A stretch of DNA of 64,000 nt from Octopus vulgaris. Taxonomy: Eukaryota. Position 1 is the stretch's first letter, and each line of letters opens with the position of its first letter. Below are positions 53,273-64,000 of this stretch, in pieces. The stretch lies in NCBI GenBank assembly GCA_951406725.2, contig OX597835.1, forward strand, positions 13,144,001 to 13,208,000, given 5' to 3'. A model generated the notes under the pieces. It saw only the letters and a list, made by a program, of their open reading frames with translations. It ran no database searches and had not been told where the DNA came from. A program made the translations under genes and the position numbers.

Positions 53273-53825
53273 TATATATGATATATATCTAGATATGTAA
53301 AGACATATATATACACATCTAAACATATAGGCATATGTAAATTTATATATATATAACGACGCTAAACGATGATGATATATATATGGACGTATGTATCATA
53401 TCTTACACTTCCTGTGTCTGTGGAATTATTGAGAGTAAATTAACCATTTTTAGTTTGGCCTCTCCGGAATGGTCTCTTAAAGTTAACATCAATTTTATGG
53501 TTTCATTTTTTTTCTATTTCAGTTTTGAATATTTATATATTTTTTGTTTCCAAGAATTTGTTGCTTATTGAAGCGTTGACTCCAAATGATGAGATCATTT
53601 CCATGCTGTGATTCCATTCCGTCATAATTTTGCTAAACACTACAGTTCTGATTTTTCTTGGTCACTTGAAAAAAAAATGTTATCTTTTACTGTTCCAAGA
53701 ATTTATATTTACCGTTTTGATTTCAGTTTCTGTGTGATGGCACTGTGTAACACGAGTTTTGCCCTTGGGTAGCAACTGTTGTGACCCCGTTTGCTTACCC
53801 CTAGAAAGGATGACAAAATTGTTAA

Positions 53826-54230
53826 GGCGCAGGAGTGGCTGTGTGGTAAGTAGCTTGCTTACCAACCACATGGTTCCGGGTTCAGTCCCACTGTGTGGCA
53901 TCTTGGGCAAGTGTCTTCTGCTATAGCTTCGGGCCGACCAATGCCTTGTGAGTGGATTTGTTAGACGGAAACTGAAAGAAGCCCATCGTATACATGTATA
54001 TATATATATGTGTGTGCGTGTTTGTGTGTCTGTGTTTGTCCCCCTAGCATTGCTTGACAACCGATGCTGGTGTGTTTACGTCCCTGTCACTTAGCGGTTC
54101 GGCAAAAGAGACCGATCAAATAAGTACTGGGCTTACAAAGAATAAGTCCCGGGGTCGATTTGCTCGACTGAAGGCGGTGCTCCAGCATGGCCGCAGTCAA
54201 ATGACTGAAACAAGTGAAAGAGTAAAGAGT
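53826..54230 (+). mobile_element. SINE family A, full length
   Basis: tRNA-like head with A/B boxes, CTTGGGCAAGTG core, internal (TA)(TG) tract, TGACTGAAACAAG tail. Confidence 0.88.
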
Positions 54231-54390
54231 ATTTCCTTTGGTCTTTGCTCTTGTTACAGTTATTCAAACCCCAAAGAATCCCTCCCAACATGTGACTACA
54301 ATGCCCCTCCACTACTCCTACTCATGATCAAAGATGCACATATTGTCAGCCACTAAGGGACATGCTCGAGTGGTTAAGGCCAAGCAACTG

Positions 54391-54820
54391 ACAAGCAAAT
54401 CTGTGGTTATTGAGCTGAATATTTGCTATAACGATATTTCTGCTTCAGCAACTCGGCACTGAATCTGAAATGTAATGGAAAATAGGTCAGTTTCAAAACA
54501 TTGATGTCCAGGTCACAAAAGCAAAGTGTGAAGGGGATAGTAGTCATTTCCTTTGATTTCTAAATAGAAGCAAATAGGAAATAACACTTACTGACCAAAG
54601 ACAACAAGCAAATCTGTGCCATTGAGCAGAATATTTACCATAATGATATTTCTGCTTCAGCAACTCAGCGCTGAATCTGTCTGAAATGTAATGGAAAATA
54701 GGTCAGTTTCAAAACATTGATGTCCAGGTGACAAAAGCATAGTGTGAAGGGGATAGTAGTCATTTCCTTTGATTTCTAAAAAGAAGCAAACAGGAAAAAT
54801 AACACTTAATGATCAAAGGC
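54391..54820. repeat. ~213-bp tandem duplication (2 copies)
   Basis: ACAAGCAAATCTGTG...GAAATGTAATGGAAAATAGGTCAG...CCTTTGATTTCTAAA occurs at 54391 and 54604. Confidence 0.9.
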
Positions 54821-55532
54821 AAAAATAAATTTTAAATTTGTTACTCAGTGTTACGGAAGAACAAATTCTTCATCATCAAACACACCAATACTTCGCTGTC
54901 CCTCGAGTGTTGTTTCAAAGATATGGTTCTACATTTGGTAAGAATATTTCAAATTGCCTCTAAGCCTTTATAATCATTTAGATTAGTCCACATTCAGAAT
55001 TAATTGGGATTAATTAGGAAGCATTTTATTAATTCAAGTCTTGCAGCATTTTACCATTCTCGTTGTCATCCATGATCTTGGATGTCTTTGAGTCTTCAGC
55101 ATCATCTTTCAGTTAATAGCATCATACCATTATGTTTCATGTCTCACTTGTTTCATTTATTGGATTATGGCCATGCTGGGGCATTACCTTAAAGGGTTTT
55201 GTTTTATGAAACCAATCCTGGTACTAACCTTTTTTTATGTTTTGTTCTTATTCTATTGGTCTCTTTTGCTGGATTTCTAGGTTATGGGGACATAAACAAA
55301 CCATCACCAGTTGTCAAGTGGTGATAGGGGTCAAACGCAATGGCACATACATACATGATGGGCTTCCACACAGTTTCTCTCTGCTGGATTTTACTTACAA
55401 GGCATTAGTTGTCCCAGTGTTATCGTAGAAAACACTTGCCCAAGGTACCTTGCGGTGGGACTGAACTTGAAACCATGCGATTGCAAGGCCAAAGCACCAC
55501 CTCACTGTCACGCCATTTGTGAAGTAATTTAA

Positions 55533-55753
55533 CCCTTTAGTGTTCAGATTATTCTGTTAAATGTAATACTTTTTCACTCAAATTGTTTTGAATTAATCAT
55601 GCATTATCTTATAGCTTTAAGGTTTCAATGATGTGGACGTTTATTTTTAGAATGTCACTGTAGGTTAGGTGTGAGAGGTTGGATATCGCCAGTTTGAATA
55701 TAAAACATGTAGAATATATTGGGCCGGATGTGGCCGGTTTAAACACTAAAGGG
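55533..55753. mobile_element. piggyBac-type MITE
   Basis: Perfect 12-bp TIR CCCTTTAGTGTT/AACACTAAAGGG with TTAA on both sides. Confidence 0.85.
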
Positions 55754-55757
55754 TTAA

Positions 55758-55960
55758 ACAAGATTTGTCTTAATACAGAGCCCTGTTGTATGCTGCTGTA
55801 TCCACCATTAGCACAACCTTTTCTTTCCTTCCAGCTTGCTGGCATAGATATAAAATTTCCTGAATCTTTAATAAAAATCTCCACTGGTGACCAAATCAAT
55901 ATATCATACGTCCAGTTTGTGACCCGTTTCAGGTATTTCTGTGTCAGTATGTGGTACAAA
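55758..55960 (-). mobile_element. Highly decayed LINE reverse transcriptase fragment
   Basis: QQGSVLRQILFN resembles the PQGSVLGPxLF RT motif; VPH...KLD-like upstream. Confidence 0.35.
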
Positions 55961-56379
55961 AACCATGCTGCTTCCTTCATTATCAGGCTGTTGCTGACCA
56001 TATGGCTTAACTGTCTGGTAATTAAACTCCTGCCTTTTACATCGGGCGGCCGTCAAATTCGCTGATCAATCATTTTGCACCGAGTTGAATTACATAGTTT
56101 GTGTAATTCAACAAACACTCAAAAATCGTCATCCTTCCATAATTATGTTGTTGCTGTTGTTGTTGTTGTTGTTGTGTGGTCTCAGGCCAGCTCTGATTAA
56201 GTAGTTCTATGTATGATCAGAAGCATTCCAACAATGACCACACTGCCTGCAGTTTTCTTCTTCTGTATTGTGAGTGACCTCATTTGCCCTCTCTCTGTTT
56301 CTAAGTTTTTTTTATGTTTTTGCTTAGATTAACCCTTTAACGTTCAGATTTCTTTGCCAAATGCAAACCTTATTTATTC

Positions 56380-56776
56380 ATCGTCGTCATCATCAGCATC
56401 ATCATCACCACCACCATCACCACCATCATCATCATCATCATCATCATCATCATAACCATCATCACATCATCATCATCATCATCATCATCACCATCATCAT
56501 CCTCATCACCCTCATCATCAGCATTGTCATCATTGTCATCATCATCATCATCAGCATCAGCATCATCACCACCATCACCATCAGCATCATCACCATCATC
56601 ATCACCCTCATCATCATCATTGTCATCATCACCATCATCATCATCACCATCATCATTCATCATCATTGTCATCATCATCATCATTGTCATCATCACCACC
56701 ATCATCACCCTCATTGTCATCATTGTCATCATCATCATCATCATCATCATAACCATCATCATTGTCGTTGTCATCA
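56380..56776. repeat. (CAT/CAC)n microsatellite
   Basis: Degenerate trinucleotide run; source of the poly-His/Asp/Met ORFs. Confidence 0.95.
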
Positions 56777-57871
56777 TGGTAAAGCCTACTTTTTCCATGC
56801 TTGCTCAATTCATTGACACAGGCTTTCTATGGTCGAACACCTTTCCTGTTGTCAGCCAACACCTATTTCTAGTAAAGCTTATGTTTCCACATGACCGGAC
56901 ACGTTTACAAGGGAGATTGGAAATAAAGGTAACCTTTGCATACTTCTGATATTCATTTTACAACTGACCTACTGGATGAAAAAAAAGTGGGGGTGGTGGT
57001 ACAGAAATCTGCCTTCCAGAACCCAGACATTTTGACCAATGCTTGTGCTCCAGTTTGGCCTAAGCCCATTGGTTGAAACTAATTAAACAGCATAATAGAG
57101 ATACCATTTCTACATTCTTTAAGTCAAGAATGTTGTAGCTTCGTTAGAATCTTTAATTAACTAAAAGCCATATTAATTAAGAAGCAGTATAAGAATTTTC
57201 ACTAAAATTATTAACCGATTCCTTAATCCTGTTGATCTCAAGAACTCTCTCACGGAACCAGTTTTGAAATAATTGAGACAGATTACAGAACTATTTTCAT
57301 GTGGAATATCAAAGTAGCTGTTAGTTTTGAAGTAGAATTATAATGGGATTGTCATTCTTCCCTACATCAAACCATTTCCATTTTCCCATTATCCTCCCCC
57401 GCCACTGCCTACTATCTCCACCACTCACCTCCTTTCTGTGCCTTCTCTCCTCTGTGTTGTTCTCCATCATTAGCACTTCACGTATCTACTATCACTCTTA
57501 CCCTGGACCCTCAATCCCTGTCCCTTGAGGCTTTCCTATATCTCAATCCATTATTTGCCTCAATCACCTCTAACCTGTCCACACACCCAGTCCAAACTTC
57601 TGTACCACCCCACGTATTCTTCCCCCCACCCCCAAGAGCATCTCCCAACACATCTTCACCATCATCTCTCCTGCTATTGCTCTCTTTATCTTCCTCTCTG
57701 TCTCACCCGTTCCTTTTATCTGACTCTTTAACTCACCCTCCTTTCTTTTTCCTATTGGAGTATCCATGTATCTACTCTACACTAAGACACCTATCTCTGT
57801 CCCCACAATAGCGCTAATCCCTCATCAGCTGCCATAAAGCCACCACCCCCTTTCTACTACACCCTCTTCCC

Positions 57872-57940
57872 AGCTGAGGAAGTCTTTTTCTTGCAAGCTG
57901 AGGAAGTCTTTTTCTTGCAAGCTGAGGAAGTCTTTTTCTT
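57872..57940. repeat. 24-bp tandem repeat x3
   Basis: AGCTGAGGAAGTCTTTTTCTTGCA repeated. Confidence 0.9.
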
Positions 57941-59059
57941 TGGTGACCCAGTTGGTGCTGGTGCCTCATAAAAAAGCACCCAGTACAATTTGTAAAGGGG
58001 TTGGCATTAGGAAGGGCATCCTGCCCTAGAAACCATGCTAGAACAGACAATGGAGCCTGGTGTGGCCCCTGGCCCTACCAGTTCCTGTCAAGCCATCCAA
58101 CCCATGCCAGCATGGAAAACACATGTTAAATGATGATGATGATGATGATAACGATTTATAATGACTGATGGTGATGATGATGATAACTAGATGTCTTGGA
58201 TTAGAAACCAATAGCTTCTTTATTGTTCAGAATAAAATGCCAGGAAGAATGGTATTTTCTCCAATTGGTGTCAGTTTGGTGCATTGACATGTGAGTGAAG
58301 ATAAGAATCGGCAAATACAGAGATAGAATTCTTCAAATGTGTGAAGTTATCAGGTGCAAATTCCTTGATTCTGTCAATTTCCTTATAATTTGAAGAAGAT
58401 ACAAATTCTTTAATTTACCATCTCCATTGTCAAGAACAGCATCAACAGAGCTTTCCATATCCACCATTAGACTTCTAGAGATACAACAAGATAAGAAGGT
58501 TTCACTAATTGAAAGTTTAAATGAATCCGATATTGAAATTTTGAAGTCATTAACCATTCTTAACTTGTGTGACAAAGAAACACTTCTTTGTCAACTTACC
58601 TGCCTTTTTTTTTTTGGTGAATTTAGCATTTTTTTTTTTTTTGCATGATTCTTGATGCGAAATTGTGTTGAAACAGGTGTTGTACAGTGTGGGGCAGAGA
58701 GTACAGACGTTTTTGAAAAATTCACAAAATCATTAATTTTAGCTGCAAACAAATTTTATTGACATCAATGTGTTTCGTATTGAATTAGCATTTGTCAAAA
58801 TCAAGTTTGGAAAACAACATCCATCATGTGGTGTCCGTCTTCATTGTTGCATTTCTGAAGGTGTTCTTGGAAGTTGGCCACCACTCTCTCCAGCATTGCT
58901 CTGTCGATTTGGGTGAGTTCCACATGCATAGCTGCCTTCAAATCGACCAATGTATCGAACTGCACATAATCAAAGTGATCCCCACCTCACCTGAAAATTG
59001 CTGGCCTTGTGCCAGAATTAAAATGTGCTATTACCATTATGAGTTTTCTTCTTCCGACA

Positions 59060-59203
59060 TGGGTCCGGGTTCAGTCCCACTGCATGGCACCTTGGCAAGT
59101 GTCTTCTACTATAGCCTCAGGCCGACTAAAGCCTTGTGAGTGGATTTGGTAGATGGAAACTGAAAGAAGCCCATCGTATATATGTATATATATATATATG
59201 TAA

Positions 59204-59273
<70 letters not shown>

Positions 59274-59487
59274 ATATTTGTGTGTCTGTGTTTGTCCCCC
59301 CAACATCGCTTGACAACCAATGCTGGTGTGTTTACATCCCTGTAACTTAGTGGTTCAGCACAAGATACCAATGGAATAAGTATTAGGCTTACAAAGAATA
59401 AGTCCTGGGGTCGATTTCTTCGACTAAATGCGGTGCTCCAGCATGGCCACAGTCAAATGACTGAAACAAGCAAAAGAGTAAAAGAGT
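59060..59487 (+). mobile_element. SINE family A (5' truncated)
   Basis: GGTTCAGTCCCACTGC... through the TAAAAGAG tail. Confidence 0.8.
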
Positions 59488-61084
59488 ATATTTCTTGATG
59501 CTTCTATTTCTGAGGCATGTGACTGTAGAAAATCTGTCTCAAACCATTCCTTCTGACCCATGCAAGCATGGGAACATAGATGTTAACTGAAACAAGGATA
59601 ATCTTTTCTACTCTACGCACAAGGCCCAAAATTTTTGGGAGGTGGTGAGTCAATTAGACCCATTCCAATATGCAACTGGTACTTAATTTATCGACCCCGA
59701 ATGAATGACAGGCAAAGTTGACCTTGGCGGAATTTGAACTCAGAACATAAAGACAGACGAAATACTGCTAAGCATTTCGCCCAGCATGTTAATGTTTCTG
59801 CCATCTTGCCACCTTAAACTGAAATGGTGATGACAATGACCCAGTGTTTTGTAAAGCCTTAATAAGTCTAGGATTGTTTTTTTCATGTTTTGTTTAGGCT
59901 TCCATAGTTTTTAGCAAAACAATACACATCCAAAGAAAACTCCCACAGTTCTTGTAACAACAAATGATAAAGCTTTGGAACACAACATTTTAAGCTTCCA
60001 AATTAAAACTTTTCTTCAGACCTACTTTGTGTCGGTGATGAAAGCAAATAAGAGAGCGCCACCACAAGTCTACCAAGGATCCAACATTGCAAAGAATGCC
60101 ATGCTGCAGGCAACACATCAAACTTTTGACATGTAAAAGAAAATTACATTCTTTTCTCGATTCCAGGAATGAGGAAACAACAATGTCAATCCTAACGAAT
60201 CTTGACATGGAATATAATTAACTATTTCTGGGTTGGTAGTCACATGCTGGTCCAGGTGATTGGCGGCTGAATGAATGGGAACTTCTCTGCAACTCCTGGC
60301 CAACACTTATGACTCGGCTTGTTTTCTTTGTTATCTGAATAAGCTATAAGGTTCACTTGTACTCTAAAAGCTGAGGGGAGTCAGCCAGAGAGATGACACC
60401 CCGGCCATCTAGCTGTCAAAAGTGAGTCTTCCTTTGGGCATAAGGAAACATTTGAATTTGCTAACCCCTGCCCCCTCTATGTTATTAGGGAAGATTTAGT
60501 AATTGATTAAAAAGAAAGACAAAACAAAAAAAAAAACTAAGGAATGGTAATGGTGGCGGCAGCGGAGGTGCTGCTGCTGCTGCTGGGTGCAATTTCAGTA
60601 AAGAAAAGATATTTTCCTAAGAATGTAGAATGTTAACTCTTTACCTGCCATTCTTTATCTCCTGCTCTTGCCATCTGGAAAAACCATACATTCACCTCTT
60701 CAGCAAGACACTTGTTCTTGTCCCCCCATCATACATTTAACCTTCTTCAATGCTCCTCCCCATTCAAAGATGGTTCTGTCTTGCGAATACTTAGGGATTT
60801 TCACTAGTGTTGGTACCACAGTAGACTTTGTATATTCTGTAATGTGGTTGGTGTTAGGAAGGGACCCCAGCTGGAGAAACCATGTAAGGCAGGCATTGGG
60901 GGACGCAATGCAGTGCTCTGGTTTGACCATTTCTTTCAAACCTTCCAACCCATCCCAGATTAGAAAAAGAACATTAAGGGATGATGCTGAGGCCATTAAG
61001 TAAACAGTGAGAGAGCAATGGTGAGAGAGAAATGTGGTTGTTTGAGGACTTGATGAGGATGCTGGGGTTAGAGGAACCAGTGGA

Positions 61085-61390
61085 ATGGCTGGCAAGGGCG
61101 AATGGAGTGAGGTGTTATGGGCATGTGTTGAGGAGGGGATGAGGAGCATGTTCTGATGAGAGTGCTAGAGTTTGAGGTAAATGGACAGCGAAAGCGAGGT
61201 TGACCAAGGAAAATGTGGAGGGGACAGGTGGAGGAGGAGATTGGGAGGGTTGGCTTGAGAATGGAGGACGCCCAAAACTGGGCAAGATGGCAAGATGGTG
61301 TGAGGGTGGTTGCTATGGCATTGTGGCAGAGCCAGCCACCTCCCGTTAACAGAGATAAAACTCAGATTTAAAATAATGGATGATGATGAT
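61085..61390 (+). mobile_element. Degenerate RTE LINE 3' end
   Basis: VRCYGHVLRR and LEFEVNGQRKRG motifs, ending in (GAT)n. Confidence 0.55.
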
Positions 61391-62499
61391 GATGAAGGCA
61401 CGTGACCCAATAGTTGGAGTGTTGCACTCATGGTCATGAGATCGTGGTTTCAATTCCCAGAGCAGTTGCTCCACTCCACTCAGCTGTGGGGCAAGTGTCT
61501 TCTACTTGTGAGTGATTGGCTTGTACGGATAGGATGGTGGTTCAGAAAAATCCTGCAAATGGAAGTCTTGCAGGCCATGTTTTGTGTTGAGCAATCGAAA
61601 GGATGAATAGAACAACTTGTCCTGCGAACCCCAACTGGTTGGGATTGGCTGCTCAACCACATCGAAGGTGGTGATGATGACGATAATGACGATGAAGTAA
61701 ATAACCAACTGTGACACTCGCACACCTTCAATCACCTGCTCGTCACTTCACCTGATATTGATTTAGCTTTAATATTCCTTTGAAGTACCTTGTTAATAAA
61801 ACAAACAGTAAGTGCTAGCGCACTTAATGTGACCCAAATAACTTTAATGAATGAAGGCTCTACCTGTATTGAGATGAGGTAAACATTGATGAATAATGAT
61901 TAACCCAACCAAACAAAAACAAGGGGAGAATACTAAGAATACAAAAATAAACAACAACAAATGTAGGAGTTGTGTTGTGTGGTAAGCAGTTTACTTCCCA
62001 ACCACTAGTTACAAGTTCAATCCCAATGCTTGGCACCCACCTTGGGCAAGTGTCTTCTACTATATACAGCCCTGGGCCAGCCAAAGTCTTATGAGTAGGA
62101 GACGTAAGCACACCAGTATCGGTTGTCAAGTGATGTTGGAGGGACAAGCACAGACACACAAACACACACAGACACACACACATACATATATACGATGGGC
62201 TTCATTTAGTTTCCGCCTACCAAATCCACTCACAAGGTTTTGGTCAGCCCGAGGCTATAGTAGATGACACTTGCCCAAGGTGCCATGCAGTGGGACTGAA
62301 CCTGGAACCATGTGGCTGGTAAGCAAGCTACTTACGTTTATTTTGTTAGTTTTTATGTCCATTTTTCTATGCTAGCATGGGTTAGGTGAATATATTACTG
62401 ACCGAGATCTCTGGAGATATGCTGTGACTGCAATGACCCGGGCTGCTTCCTGCACCAGTTCTGCATAGCCCCTGCCCATTCAAAGTACCTTGGATTTCA

Positions 62500-62912
62500 G
62501 AACAACCCGCTGTGCTTGAGGAGACCTATTGAGTCAAGTACATGAACATCGAAATAAATATCAATGGAAATAGTAGTTGTGATACCTGTGCCGGTCGCAC
62601 ATAAAAAGCACCATCCGAATGTAGCCGATGCCAGCGCCGCCTTGACTGGCTTCTGTGCCGGTGGCACGTTAAAAGCACCAACCAATCGTTGCCGCTGCCA
62701 GACTCCCCTGGCACCTGTGCCGGTGGCACGTAAAAAGCACCCACTACACTCGCGGAGTGGTTGGCGTTAGGAAGGGCATCCAGCTGTAAAAACACTGCCA
62801 GATCAGACTGGAGCCTGGTGCACCCTCCTGGCTTCCCAGACCCCGGTCGAACCGTCCAACCCATGCTAGTGCGGAAAACAGACGTTAAACGATGATGATG
62901 ATGATGATGATG
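62500..62912 (+). mobile_element. Family C (RTE-tail) copy
   Basis: Three GTGCCGGT..CAC.TAAAAGCACC modules, GGAAGGGCATCC core, (GAT)n tail. Confidence 0.75.
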
Positions 62913-63078
62913 ACCTTTTCCTGTTGTTATTCTTCACTTGTCTTTCAAGCATGGAATCCTTTAGTTTACATGTCTTCAAGACACAATTCCCATAGTGTAG
63001 GATTTATTTACAGAAGGAATTATGACAATAATACTGCTTCTTGCTCTTAATTTTCAGAGGAATAAATTACAACCCCCA

Positions 63079-63112
<34 letters not shown>

Positions 63113-63699
63113 TATTCATTTCAGTGGGGCATTAATCAATCACATTATAGATTGCAACATTGTAATGTATCAATCGCTATTTAAACTTCACTGAACTAAA
63201 TGAATGATTGACTAACTTTGTCCATATACACTCGTCTGACCAATGATTAAGGTCAGCCATTTGGCTAAATTAACTAATGTGTCATATTAGTATTAGATAC
63301 GAATATATTCTGTCTGTGTGTCTCTCTCTATCTATTTCTCTGTCTGTCTGTATGTCCATCTTTCTGTCCACCTCTCTGCTTGTCTCTCCAGCCTTCTCTC
63401 TCTCTGTCTCTGATATAACTATGGTATCGCAGACATGTTATTGGTTGAATGGTCAGTGTAACTTGACCAGTTGAAGTTTTGACTGTCCATATTTAGTCAC
63501 TTTTCCATGAACAAAGCTATTTGCTGACCACAGTACATGTGGTGCCATGGTCCAAAATATTTGCTGACCTCAGTCCACGTGGCTGTAAATAGGTGTCATT
63601 GTAAGAAATGCTCGCTGGCATTTTTTCTGGCAGTTATTTCACTGAATTCTTCATTATTTTCAAAATGAATTGGAACAAAAGTAGTGCATTCTAACAGAA

Positions 63700-63945
63700 G
63701 TTAAGTTAAGTTAAGTTAATTCTTTGGCTCAAGAAGCAAAAGGCAAGGCCATGTAGGGGAACATGGAGTTATGTACAGGGAGGGTGTTCATGCAAAGAGT
63801 TCAGGCCATTTCTGGTCAAGAGAGACTTTCAACCGAGCGGTCGTCGGCATCTTCACTATCTCGTCCGGCAGCTTATTCCACGGATCCGCAACCCGGATGG
63901 AGAAAGCCCCTCTCTTTCGACCTAGATGAAATCGTCGCAGAAGTA
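63700..63945 (-). mobile_element. CR1/L2-like LINE 3' end
   Basis: AFSIRVADPWNKLPDEIVKMPTTARLKVSLDQKWPELFA* and (AACTT)n tail; same family as 17215-17431. Confidence 0.8.
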
Positions 63946-64000
63946 TGGCATAGAATAGTTAAATTGATTGAAATTAAAACCTTCCATCAGAATTCCACCC

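Noticed and set aside
56084-56112. Perfect 11-bp hairpin GTTGAATTACA-N7-TGTAATTCAAC
   Set aside because: Single AT-rich short inverted repeat with no supporting context; too short for a pre-miRNA.

Overview
Eukaryotic, AT-rich, repeat-saturated DNA. The SINE, LINE and microsatellite content resembles an octopus (coleoid cephalopod) genome; this is inferred, not searched. I recognise no intact protein-coding gene, rRNA, true tRNA or CRISPR array, and almost all ORFs in the track are microsatellite or SINE artefacts. Supported features: many tRNA-derived SINEs (CORE-like and Meta-like), 5'-truncated RTE, CR1/L2 and R4/Dong-like LINE ends, three non-autonomous Helitrons, Tc1/mariner remnants, piggyBac-type MITEs, local tandem and inverted duplications, and long microsatellites. 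The most notable unannotated signal is about nine minimal type I hammerhead-ribozyme motifs of the Penelope-like pLTR kind, in several subfamilies. Three keep a near-complete core with a C3-C4 (CCGANGA) variant, and some lie as inverted pairs or inside (TA)n. Also of interest: a consensus recursive-splice-like site (YnCAG|GTAAGT), a ~54-nt hairpin/18-codon array, and two apparently templated inverted duplications. Repeat boundaries are approximate.
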